A stretch of DNA of 64,000 bases from NCBI GenBank assembly GCA_951406725.2, contig OX597830.1:53320001-53384000 (forward strand), read 5' to 3'. Numbering within the stretch: the first letter of the stretch is position 1; each line of letters begins with the position of its first letter. This DNA comes from Octopus vulgaris. Lineage: Eukaryota. Positions 53,969-64,000 of this stretch are shown here, piece after piece. A program made the position numbers and the translations under genes. Below the pieces are notes generated by a model, which saw only the letters and a program-made list of their open reading frames with translations, was not told the DNA's origin and made no database searches.

Positions 53969-54246
53969 AATTGTAGTATGGAAGGTGTTTATAAACCATT
54001 TAAGAAACACACAAAAACCGTTAGATTCACTTCAACTTTTAAATTTAATTTGTCAAAATATTTTCGTCGCCATGAGACCGCGACCTGTTCACTGACAAAA
54101 GATGCAGCACGAAGTTTTGTCAGTGAACAGACTGCGGTCTCAAAGCAACGAAAATATTTTGACAAATTAAATTTAAATGTTGAAGTGAATCTAACGGTTT
54201 TTGTGTGTTTCTTAAATGGCTTATAAACACCTTCCATGCTGCAATT
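53969..54246. mobile_element. Fold-back palindrome, putative Penelope-like inverted pseudo-LTR
   Basis: ~130-bp near-identical inverted arms around a 14-nt spacer (the mirror ORFs 53948+ and 53989- reflect this); hammerhead motif in each arm. Confidence 0.65.
54049..54099 (-). ncRNA. Minimal type I hammerhead ribozyme motif, G3-C8 core variant
   Basis: tttgtca-GTGAACA-G-GTCGC(ggtctcatg)GCGAC-GAAA-atatt-t-tgacaaa: 7-bp stem I, 5-bp stem II, palindromic AATATT helix III. Mirror copy with mutated stem II at 54116-54166 (+). Confidence 0.6.
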
Positions 54247-55506
54247 GTTTTCGTTCCAGCACACGATCTCAGATCAGGTCAGAGAAAAATAATTTTTATC
54301 AAATGATTCTGAGTACTTGGTGGAAACTAAATTAACACCTGCACACAAACAAAACATCATTGAGCAAAAAATGTATACAAGACTATTCTGGAGCTGTGCC
54401 TTCTTGTGAGCATTAAGCCAAGGGTAAATAAGACTGCCAGTGCAGGAAAGACATGCAAGTTTTCTCATTTTAGGTAGCGAATGCTATGTAAAAGCTTTCT
54501 GTTCTGAAGTGCTGAACTAAAAAAAAAAAAAAAAAAGGCAAAAACAAGCAAGTTCTGGAAGTTGGCATTCCAGTCACACTATCAGTTGTAACACTGATTG
54601 TAGCTTCAAGACTAGCCAGATAAATGTCACCATGTATTCACTTAAATACAGCCCTATGGTCATGGAGCAAAAGAGTGTAGTTGACTCCTGATCTTTGATC
54701 AGTTAAATGGATTTTAGTGTTATCTAAACACTGTTGCTAGACATTTCTATTGCCAGTCCACTCCACAGCCTGTGTCTTTGTCTGAGATGTCACTATACAC
54801 CACAGGCCTTGTATCTACAAACATAAAAAGTGCTGACTTGAGCAACTATTATTTCAATCAACTGAATTTTTTCTGGAGACTGTTTTTGATAAATTGTGTG
54901 AATTCTTGTTCAACCTATATCAGCATGGGTAAAACCCAACTAACATTGGTTTCAAATTCTGGCACAAAGCCAGCAATTTCGGGAGTAGGACTTGACTCAA
55001 TTAAATCGACTCCAGTGCTCAACTGGTACTTATTTTATCAATCTCAAAAGGGGGAAAGGCAAAGTTGATCACAGTGGCATTTGAACTCAGATCGTAAAGA
55101 TGGATGAAATGCTGCTAAGCATTTTTCTGGGCATGCTAACCATTCTGCCATCTCACTGCCTTAAACCCAACTAATATTAATTTCTAATATTAGCACAAGG
55201 ACACAAACTTTGAGAGAGAGCAGAGACAATTAAACTGAGACTGTCAACCCTAACCTGGAAGAACAAAAGGCAAAGACAATCAAGATGGATAAATAAATAA
55301 AAACTTCAAGGAGTTTATTTTTTTCATTGAGTCTAGTGGAGATCGATCTCTTCTAGAGTAAAACAATGATGATGATGATAATGGTGATGATAGTGACAAA
55401 AATGACAAATGTGCAATAAAAAGAATATAGGCATGTCCCCCTCCCCTCTATAAATCAGTTTATTAATACCAGAAACATAATCCCAATAAGGCCGCCTAAC
55501 TTTCCT

Positions 55507-55728
55507 TCACCTCTCTCTTTCTCCATGTGTGAACTGTTTTCTTGTGGCATTTTTCGCAGTCCGACAGCAAAAGATTTGACAGAAAGATTTCTCAGACCAT
55601 CCTTCAATTTGTTCCACAGACTCTGGCAGAGCTTTCAGGTGGGTTTCAGGTAACAGCAGGACTAGAATAGCACCAATTACATTCAGCACTCCAAAAATAA
55701 TTAATATCACAAATGGTATATTTTTTGT
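55507..55728 (-). CDS. SLC22-family transporter last coding exon (TKNIPFVILIIFGVLNVIGAILVLLLPETHLKALPESVEQIE...RER*)
   Basis: tttcag| acceptor; TM12 followed by LLPET...LP signature; stop at 55507; AATAAA on - strand at 55459-55464. Confidence 0.93.
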   Translation of the reverse strand, partial: TKNIPFVILIIFGVLNVIGAILVLLLPETHLKALPESVEQIEGWSEKSFCQIFCCRTAKNATRKQFTHGERER

Positions 55729-56289
55729 CTGAAAGAGAAATAAAAGTACATTAAAATTTGAAAATTATGATTCCAACAAGGAAAAAGCCCCAAGATTTTC
55801 CATAAATAGGTTTAACAATTTTGGAAACAGAACTAATATATAATATATGAATGAGTGTTGTATGAAATTGGACATAGATATGGTCTTTAAGATATCCAAA
55901 AATTACATGTGTACAAACATACAAACAAACACATATACACGTGGCCCAGGAAGGAAGAAAGCATCCTCCATAATGTCCACTTCCAGTTGTAGCATATCTA
56001 TAAAACACTTTACCCACATAATTCCTCCCTGTTTTTCAAGCAATCTCAACTTAATTTGTTCTTGGATGCCCAGTTATGCATTGCTAAGCTAAGATATTCT
56101 CTCCTCTTTCAATCTTTTCACTCAGCCATTCACCATTAACACTTAATATGTACTATTATTTACATTTATTTATTTATTTATGAATTATTTATTTACTAAT
56201 ATCTTTCGTGAGCTAATTATTTAAATTGACCCTTCAATATATAACTTCCTAAAGTCTGGAAGAGTGGGAGTAGCAGGGAACTGTACCAG

Positions 56290-56982
56290 ATAGCCAGAAG
56301 GGAGGCTAGGTGACAGGTATACACAGCCAAGGGAGAAATAGTAAAAAAGAAGTTTGCCAATGATCAGTGACATGAGGACCAACGAACTGAAGTATTTCAG
56401 ATTGCAAGACAGTGTAAGAGAAAATTGTAATGTCACAGCAGAGAAATGTGTCCACATGGATGATGGTGCACTTGTTTTTAATGATTCTGAAAAGAAAGAG
56501 GCTTGGAGATGCCATTATGAAAGGCTGCTGAACGTGGAGAATGAATGGGAGGAGGAGAGCCTGCTAAATGTTGACCCAGGAGATGGACCAGCTATCTGAA
56601 TAGATATGAAGTGAAGGCACGTGGCTTAGTGATTAGGGCATTCGGCTCACGATTGTAAGGTCGTGAGTTCGATTCCCGGCGACGCGTTGTGTCCTTGAGC
56701 AAGACACTTTATTTCACGTTGCTCCAGTCCACTCAGCTGGTAAAAATGAGTTGTACCTGTATTTCAAAGGGCTGGCCTTGTCACACTCTGTGTCACGCTG
56801 AATCTCCCTGAGAACTATGTTAGGGGTACACGTGTCTGTGGATTGCTCAGCCACTTGCACGTTAATTTCACGAGCAGGCTGTTCCATTGATCATATCAGC
56901 CGGGACCCTCATCGTCGTAACTGACGGAGTGCTCCTATATATCTGAATAGATAGCACCCTGGTAGATAAAGTAATTAAGGAC
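56290..56982 (+). mobile_element. RTE-like LINE ORF2 fragment interrupted by a SINE
   Basis: EKCVHMDDGALVFNDSEKKEAWRCHYERLLNVENEW resembles the EN-RT linker of RTE elements; it resumes after the SINE at 56940. Confidence 0.6.
56607..56939 (+). mobile_element. tRNA-derived SINE, full length, 14-bp TSD
   Basis: A box tggcttagtga, B box gttcgattcc; TSD tatctgaatagata at 56593-56606 and 56940-56953; related heads at 21570-21895 (-) and 8720-8860 (-). Confidence 0.88.
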
Positions 56983-57116
56983 TGCTAGTATTTTAATTTG
57001 TAAATTTTGTCTTGCTTCACAACGTATCCATTTTGAGGCTGCATATAGACCTTGTGTGCTACATGCTTCTCTAGAATCGGCCACTGTACTCTGTCTCCTA
57101 TCATTGACTGGCTTCT

Positions 57117-57306
57117 GTGCCGGTGGCACGTAAAAAGCACCCACTACACTCACGGACTGGTTGGCGTTAGGAAGGGCATCCAGATGTAGAAACTCTGCCA
57201 GATCAAGATTGGAGCCTGGTGCAGCCTCCTGGCTTCCCAGACCCCAGTCGAACCGTCCAACCCATGCTAGCATGGAAAACGGACGTTAAACGATGATGAT
57301 GATGAT
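57117..57306 (+). mobile_element. Retroposon family B 3' end with (GAT)n tail
   Basis: gttggcgttaggaagggcatccag...gttaaacgatgatgat. Copies at 1-600-, 3046-3317+, 4170-4365+, 5650-5840+, 19861-20025+, 39027-39178-, 59283-59620-, 63282-63590-. Confidence 0.85.
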
Positions 57307-57352
57307 CTCAACAGATATGAACGAATGAGAGGGGTTGAGTTTGTCTACTTAC

Positions 57353-57425
57353 TGTCAAAAGTATAATTGGTGCAAAAATTCCGCCGAGGTTTTCAAAAAA
57401 TGAAGCAAAACCCATTGCTTGATTT
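57353..57425 (-). CDS. SLC22-family transporter exon (NQAMGFASFFENLGGIFAPIILLT)
   Basis: ttacag| and |gtaagt; TM11 pattern RN..MG..S....GGI.AP. Confidence 0.93.
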
Positions 57426-57694
57426 CTGTAAAAGACAACAATAATAAAAGGTGTAATTTTACTTTTGTTGAGATATACAAAATAGAGACACACACACACA
57501 CACACGTTCCTCTTTCATTGGTACGCTTAACAAGTTACAGTATACACGAACTTTTAGCTCAACTGTCATTGTTCATATACATACATGTTCAAACATAAAT
57601 ATATCGAAAGGTAACACTTATCCCCACTTAAAGATGAATCCACATTTAAGTGGGGATAAGTATTACCTCTTGATATTGATAGGCCCTCAGTTAC

Positions 57695-57750
57695 TAATAT
57701 ATACGCATATATACATATACACACATATATATGCTTACATCTCTACGTAC

Positions 57751-57793
<43 letters not shown>

Positions 57794-57891
57794 TATATAT
57801 ACACACACACACATATGTATACATACATATATACATACATACATACATATATATACATACATATACATACATACATATACATAATACATAC

Positions 57892-57922
<31 letters not shown>

Positions 57923-57945
57923 CATACATACATACACACATATAC

Positions 57946-57976
<31 letters not shown>

Positions 57977-57987
57977 CATACATATAC

Positions 57988-58018
<31 letters not shown>

Positions 58019-58136
58019 CATACATATATATACATACATACATACATACATACACATACATACATATACATACATACATATACATACATACATACATACA
58101 TATACATACATATACATACATATATATATATATATA
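57695..58136. repeat. TA/TACA microsatellite array in SLC22 intron
   Basis: (TACA)n/(TA)n mixture read directly. Confidence 0.92.
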
Positions 58137-58255
58137 GGGAGTGACTCAAGATTCAATGAACCAGTTGTTAATGCCACAATGAATAAAACAGAGGTAAGGA
58201 TGTGAGGAGGAGGAGGAGAGAGAAAGAGAGATGTTAGGAGCTGGAAGATAAATAC

Positions 58256-58382
58256 CTGATAGCTGTTGGGAAAAGTTCTGTAAAGAGAAGATATAATATA
58301 CTGTAGGATCCACTCATGCCAAACCTGCCAACCATTGTACAGAGTATTGTAAAGATGTAAATCAAAGGAGTCTGGAAAGTAT
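58256..58382 (-). CDS. SLC22-family transporter exon (TFQTPLIYIFTILCTMVGRFGMSGSYSILYLLFTELFPTAIR)
   Basis: cttcag| and |gtattt; carries the ELFPT.IR SLC22/MFS signature. Confidence 0.94.
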
Positions 58383-58959
58383 CTGAAGAGAAAAACAAAA
58401 CAAAAAACAATCTAGTAAACAGCTAAACAATTCTTTTCTGGAAGCTTAATACTTTAGTGTTTATGATCCAAAATGGCTTTAGATATGTTAATGTATTTAC
58501 ATACATATATTTTGCTTAGGCAAGTTCTACATAACTTGGTGTAGAACTCAATATATTTATGCTTCAGAATGAAGCATTAGTTGAGTACAGAGTGATATTA
58601 AGAAAATGAGATACAAAGGAATAAATGATTATTTTATGAACTTCATTGGCTTACAGTTGTTTCTGCTATAAGATGCAGTGGACTCATTGTTGAGTGCTTG
58701 CATAACGCCTTACAATTTCTAATAAATCTAAAACCATTATGGATTATAAACATTTGTGAGCTGAGGGTGCTGCTGTATTCTGTTTGTTTAAATGCAGGAG
58801 TTGATGTGTCATCAGGAGGTGAAGCAGATTCACCATGACACCAGAGCTGCCTGGAGTCACTTGCCAACAAGACTCCTACACAACATAGGCTTTGTTGAGT
58901 CAAATGTGACTTTGGGTCAGATGTTTCTATCATCCTCAATGTTTGCTCTTGTGCACAAC

Positions 58960-59190
58960 TCATCCTCTCTTGAGCTAGAAGATATAATGGCTTGCTTCCT
59001 CAGAAGCTTTTGACAATTTTTTGGCAACATTTTTTCTCTCCTTCACAACAAGTTCAAGACTGTTGAGCATCAAGTGAATCTGGGTTCCAGCAAATCCTCT
59101 AAGACCTATATATCTACAGGAAGGTTTATTGCTTCCCATCCATTGTCTTCACAGAATTCAACCAATTCTATTTTCTGTATTTCTTGGGTA
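58960..59190 (-). mobile_element. RLE-type non-LTR retrotransposon C-terminal remnant (HERO-like)
   Basis: KY..ELVEFCEDNGWEAINLPVDI.GLRGFAG...KLSKASEEASHYIF.LKR (with frameshifts/stops) resembles HERO KY..L..C...GW....PVEVGCRGF...AE.AS.W.W.KR as recalled. Confidence 0.6.
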
Positions 59191-60112
59191 ATATAAAGTG
59201 GTGCATCTAGTCTAAGCAATAGACTCATTACATAGGACACAAAGTCATCTCAGCCATATGATCTCCAATATAATACACCCCTAATCATCATTATCATCAT
59301 CGTTTAACGTCCGTTCTCCATGCTAGCATGGTTGGACGGTTCAACTGGGGTCTGGGAAGCCAGGAGGCTACACCAGGCCCAGTCTGATCTGGCAGTGTTT
59401 CTACAGCTGGATGCCCTTCCTAACACCAACCACTCCGTGAGTGTAATGGGTGCTTTTTACAGGTGCCAGGCGAGGCTGGCAACGGCCACGATCGGTTGGT
59501 GCTTTTTATGTGCCACCGGTATGGAGGCCAGTCGGGGCGGTGCTGGCAACAGCCACGTTTGGATGGTACTTTTATGTGCCACCGGCACTGGTATCACAAC
59601 TACAATTTCCATTGATTTTTGAGCGATTCATCATCATCATTTAAACTGGTATAGGTTGGATGGTTTGACAGGATCCAACAGATCCAAGGACGGCATCATA
59701 CTGCGATGTCTGCTTCAGTATGGTTTGTGTGGATAAATAACTTTCATTTATTATTATAATAATAATGATTTCAAATTTTGGTACACAACCAGCAGTTTCA
59801 AGGGAGGGGTAAGTCGATTACATCGACCCAGGTGCTCAACTGGAACTTATTTTATCAACCGTGAGAGGATGAAAGACAGTCAACCCCAGTGAGGTTGTTT
59901 ATTTGCCACAATGCTTTGAAAGATACAATAAAGTACATTAAACAAAGAACTTGCAAAGACATGCTGGCCAGGGTAAATGATTTATATAAAGTCAAGGGAA
60001 GGGTGAAAGGCATACAATTAAATAATGGGGACAAATTAAGAATTTGTAAAAATTTATCAATTACATAAGTAAAAAAATTACATATAATAATAACGATGCA
60101 ATGTAATCAGGG

Positions 60113-60512
60113 AAAAAATATGACAAAAGTTGTAATTGAGGTATTTTGTATTACTATAAATACAGGGTGTGTACTGTAGGAAAATCACTGTCATTGGGAA
60201 AAACCCCATGACATTTTGGTTTACAGGTGTGTCTATTCATTCGCTCAGGTAACTTTTATTTCTTGTACTAACTATACACAGTGATTGTTTTCTTTATTTA
60301 TTATCACTTGAATTCATTGACACACACATAGAAACAGAATATACCTGTTACTTAAGGTGGTAATTACAAAGAGAAACTAAATAAAGAAAAATAGTTGGAA
60401 TTATTTGGAAATAGAGATGAGGAATCAGACCTTGATGGCTTTTTCCTACAATACACACCCTGTATTTATAGTAATACAAAATACCTCAATTACAACTATC
60501 GTCATATTTTTT
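60113..60512. repeat. Inverted repeat (~72-bp arms, ~255-bp spacer)
   Basis: gttgtaattgaggtattttgtattactataaatacagggtgtgta and its reverse complement at 60441-60512. Confidence 0.85.
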
Positions 60513-60572
60513 TTTTTTACACACACACATTAGAAAATACTTCAAATTAAAGTGGCTAAGAGGATCACTTAC

Positions 60573-60655
60573 AATAGGTGATTAAAACGTATGCTACCAA
60601 GTTTGAAAAGCCAGCTATTAGCATCATTGCTGACATGGGATAACGGCAGCCTAAT
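60573..60655 (-). CDS. SLC22-family transporter exon (LGCRYPMSAMMLIAGFSNLVAYVLITY)
   Basis: ccacag| and |gtaagt; GRR-like loop plus TM9; phases 2/1 are consistent with neighbours. Confidence 0.88.
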
Positions 60656-60706
60656 CTGTGGAAGAGAACAGAATGGACGTTTTTACTACTGAAACAAACA
60701 GATTAA

Positions 60707-61247
60707 CCCTTTAGCATTTAAACTGGCCATATCCGGCCAAAAGTATTCTGCCTGTTTTATGTTCAAACTGGCTAGATCTGGTCTCTCACACCAATCCTAC
60801 AATATCGTTTTAAAAATTAACAGCTACCTCATCAAAATCTCAAAGCTACAAGATAATGCATGATTAGTTTAAAAGAATGTGGATTAAAAAGCATTAATTT
60901 TGGCAGAATAATGTGAACACTAAAGGGTTAAAATACTGACCACTTGGATATAGAAATACAATATTACATTTTCAATATGATTATTTTATGTAAAAAAGTA
61001 GAGTAATTCAACAGAAATATGCTAATAAAAGGGTTAAAACCTTTTGATACCAGCCTGGTGTGATGATACAAACTCCTTGAAAATTTGAAGTGATCAAAAT
61101 TAAAACCTCCCATCAAAATTTCCTGTTAATTTATGTTCCAAACACAAGTTTAATAAAGACAAGGTTATTTTACTGAATTCTTCATTACTTTCATGATGAA
61201 CTGAAACAAGGGTGGCGTATTTCTGCAGAAACATAGTAACGAAAGGG
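60707..61247. mobile_element. Cluster of TTAA-flanked piggyBac-type MITEs (60707-60927, partial ending 61033, 61038-61247)
   Basis: TTAA|CCCTTTAG...CTAAAGGG|TTAA plus two further AAAGGG|TTAA ends. Confidence 0.75.
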
Positions 61248-61274
61248 TTAAGGGATTTTGAGAAAATAACTTAC

Positions 61275-61409
61275 TTGTTTGATATCAACATTGTCACGAT
61301 ATATGCAAATATCTCAGAGATTGCAGTCCAGAAGAGATTCCAAGATAAGTTTCCTGGCAGAGATGGTGTACTGAGAATTATTCCAAAATAACTTAAACTG
61401 TTTACTGTC
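61275..61409 (-). CDS. SLC22-family transporter exon (TVNSLSYFGIILSTPSLPGNLSWNLFWTAISEIFAYIVTMLISNK)
   Basis: ttccag| and |gtaagt; matches the SLC22 TM7-TM8 pattern (VNS..Y.G...L.GN..N.F....E). Confidence 0.92.
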
Positions 61410-61622
61410 CTGGAAACAAACATAAAAGAAAATTTTATAGATATGCATATCTATATGCATATGTGCACATGCATGCATGCACACACACACACATACACTG
61501 TTGCTTTTGTTTAGCTCTAGGTCAGTCCTGACTGAGCAGATCTATGATCAGAGACTTTCTCACTGTAAGTGTCCTACCTTTTTGCATATCTAAAACTACA
61601 CTCAAACTTTTGACCTTGTGAC

Positions 61623-61884
61623 TGTGGTGTACGCGGGAGATTTGAAGTAAAGACACCTATCTTCTCTTTGTCAACGCAGACCTCTCCGGTGGTAACGCAC
61701 CCTTCCACATGGCCCGACCTGAACTCTAAAAATAGCAGCTGCTTTCCCCTTACCTTGTCAAAGCACTCACATGTCCAGCACTGTCAGCTACCCAGATCAA
61801 AAAGGCCCAATGCTCCCCTGCCCCGTCCTCTTCCGGTCAACCCCAAGTTCTGGTCAGCTCCCCAGCTGCTGACATCATCCCACA
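61623..61884. mobile_element. Solo LTR (262 bp) with 5-bp TSD
   Basis: TGTGG...CCACA termini; GTGAC duplicated at 61618-61622 and 61885-61889; GC-rich relative to flanks. Confidence 0.75.
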
Positions 61885-63677
61885 GTGACTATGCTGGAAA
61901 TTTTGTTAAATGTTGTTGTAGAGAAAAATATTTAATAAAATTTTATGTTCTGATTTCAAGTTTCATCATGACTGGCTTTGCCTTTCATTTTCCTGGGGAT
62001 GATAAAATATCAGTCAAAATACTAGATTTAATTTTGTCAATGACATCATTTGCTGCAGTTTGTGGTCTTGCATTTATGTACAAATCATTGTTATTGAAGA
62101 GAAAGAGCAATGGGATGGCAGAATTATTGAAGGGTCAGGCAAAACAGCAGTGAAACGGCAGGTTCATCAGAGGGCTGGACAGAATACCTCGCTGCGTTTA
62201 GTTACAGCCCTTTACATTCTGAGTTGAAATCTTGTGAAGGTCAACTTTATCATTCATTCTATTTTATTGAGAATGACCTCCCCCACTCCCCCCAAAAAAT
62301 GTGTGTGCCAATGTATGAAATTATCATCATTGTAGCAATCAGTGGATTGGCAGAAATGGTCAAAATGTTCACAGGTTTCATGAAGTCAACTTCTGAATTC
62401 AGTCAAACACAGTCATTCTCTGATTAAGTCATCTAACTAAGATGGAGGATGGTAATAAAATAAGTACCAGTAATATAATAGGAAACTGGCAAGCTAGCTG
62501 TGTTATTAGCAAGTTGGACAAAATGCTAAGCAGCATATCTTAGGGCTCTTTACATTCTCAGTTCAAATCCCACCAAGGACAACTTTGCCTTTCATCCCTT
62601 TGAGGATCAATAAGATAAAGGGTCAGTCAAGTACTGGGGTCATTGTAATTGATTTGCTCTCTCCCCTGAAAATTGCTGGTCTTGAACTTTGCAATGTACC
62701 AGCATCCTATTCAGGGGAATGTTGGAATGTTGTGATCCCAGTCATTTATATGTCATAGAAACTGGGTAACCAGTCTTACTGAGTCTTAGGGGTCAAGGAA
62801 AAAAAAATTGTGCAATAAGGAGTTTGCTTCCTGACCACATGGTTCAAGGTATAGTGCCACTGCACGGCACTTTTGGTAAGTGTCTTCTACTATAGCCTTG
62901 GCCTTGTGAGTGGATTTGGTAGAGAGAAACTGTTGTGAGTGAGCGTGCATATATATGTATGTATGTATGCACACATATATATCAGCCTACGTGCGTGTGT
63001 CTTTGTGTCTGTTTGTCCACCACCATTGCTTGACAACCAGTGATGGTGCTTATGTCCCCATAACTTAGATCAACAAAAGAGACTGAGAGAACAAAAACCA
63101 GGCTTAAAAAAAAAAAGTATTGGGGTTGAGTCATTCAATGAAAAAAATTCAAGACAGTGTCCCAATATGGCTGCAATCCAATGATTGAAACAAGTAAAAC
63201 ATACACATATGGGAAAAGGCTTAATTCAGTAGCTACTCCCACCCACTCCTATAGTCCTTGACCAATAAGTCTTGTGTCTAAATCATCATCGTCATCGTTT
63301 AACGTCTGCTTTCCATGCTAGCATGGGTTGGACAGTTCGACTGGGGTCTGGGGAGCCAGGAGGTTGCACCAGGACCAGTCTGATCTGGCAGTATTTCTAC
63401 AGCTGGATGCCCTTCCTAATGCCAACCACTCCATGAGTGTAGTGAGTACATTTTACGTGCCACCGACACAGGTACCAGGCAAGGCTGGCAGCGGCCACGA
63501 TCAGTTGGTGCTTTTTACGTGCCACCAGCACAGGTGCCAGTCGAGGCGGCGCTGGCAACGGCCACGATCGGATGGTTCTTTTACGTGCAAACTGCATAAA
63601 ACAAAAAAAATTTTCTCTCGCTTATTAAGAGTAGCATGACATAGGTATAGAATGTAGAAGAAATGAGGTGGACTTAC

Positions 63678-64000
63678 GATATATAAAACATTATAAATGT
63701 GTATCCCAGCATTTTTGGTGTAGAAAACAATGACTTAATGTTTAATGTCTTCAGTTCAAAGTTTTTGTTTAAATTAGTCTGTGGTACCAGTTCCGTATAC
63801 TGCCAAGTGTCATTCTCTGCAATGTCTTTGTTACCATTTCCAGGTTTAGCACAAGGGTTTTCTGTAGATTCTGCTGGTTGTTCTTGAGAGTCTTTTATTG
63901 AATTCTTGCTTTGGTAGCTTTTTGGTTCATAGCTGCTATCCTGTGATTTATTCAGTGTGCTATTTGAAGGAAAATCATTTTTCACTTTAACGTCATTCAG
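63678..64000 (-). CDS. SLC22-family organic cation/anion transporter: central loop plus start of TM7 exon (5' end outside window)
   Basis: Open frame to the window edge, ending ...LNIKSLFSTPKMLGYTFIMFYI TC|gtaagt; phase 2 fits the next exon. Confidence 0.85.

Noticed and set aside
53948-54264. Two mirror-image ~92-aa ORFs
   Set aside because: Artefact of the palindrome; no recognisable protein.
56607-56690. tRNA-like sequence with A and B boxes
   Set aside because: It is the head of a SINE with body and TSD; no full cloverleaf or terminator.
57609-57668. Small hairpin (24-bp arms)
   Set aside because: A real inverted repeat, but too short to assign; probably a fold-back remnant beside a microsatellite.

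Overview
AT-rich, microsatellite- and SINE-dense animal genomic DNA. The repeat families look like octopus/coleoid cephalopod (inference). Three spliced protein-coding genes were assembled by hand. (1) HGS/Hrs exons 1-3 on the - strand (30887 down to 809, continuing off the left edge), with a 28.3-kb intron 1. (2) Complete ARL16 on the + strand (31697-39849, 5 exons, 174 aa), head-to-head with HGS about 810 bp away; its intron 1 has U12-type signals and apparently ends in TG instead of AG. (3) The 3' half of an SLC22-type transporter on the - strand (64000 down to 55507, 6 exons). The rest is tRNA-derived SINEs, LINE fragments (CR1/L2, RTE, HERO-like), two Helitrons, TTAA-flanked MITEs, a solo LTR and a ~4-kb TA/CA satellite. 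The most striking unexplained structure is a set of fold-back palindromes, most sitting in (TA)n and resembling Penelope-like inverted pseudo-LTRs. Several contain outward-facing minimal type I hammerhead ribozyme motifs whose core 3-8 pair is C-G, U-A or G-C in different families, with NUU cleavage triplets. All long I/Y/H/T/V/C/M-rich ORFs are microsatellite artefacts. No database search or folding program was run.
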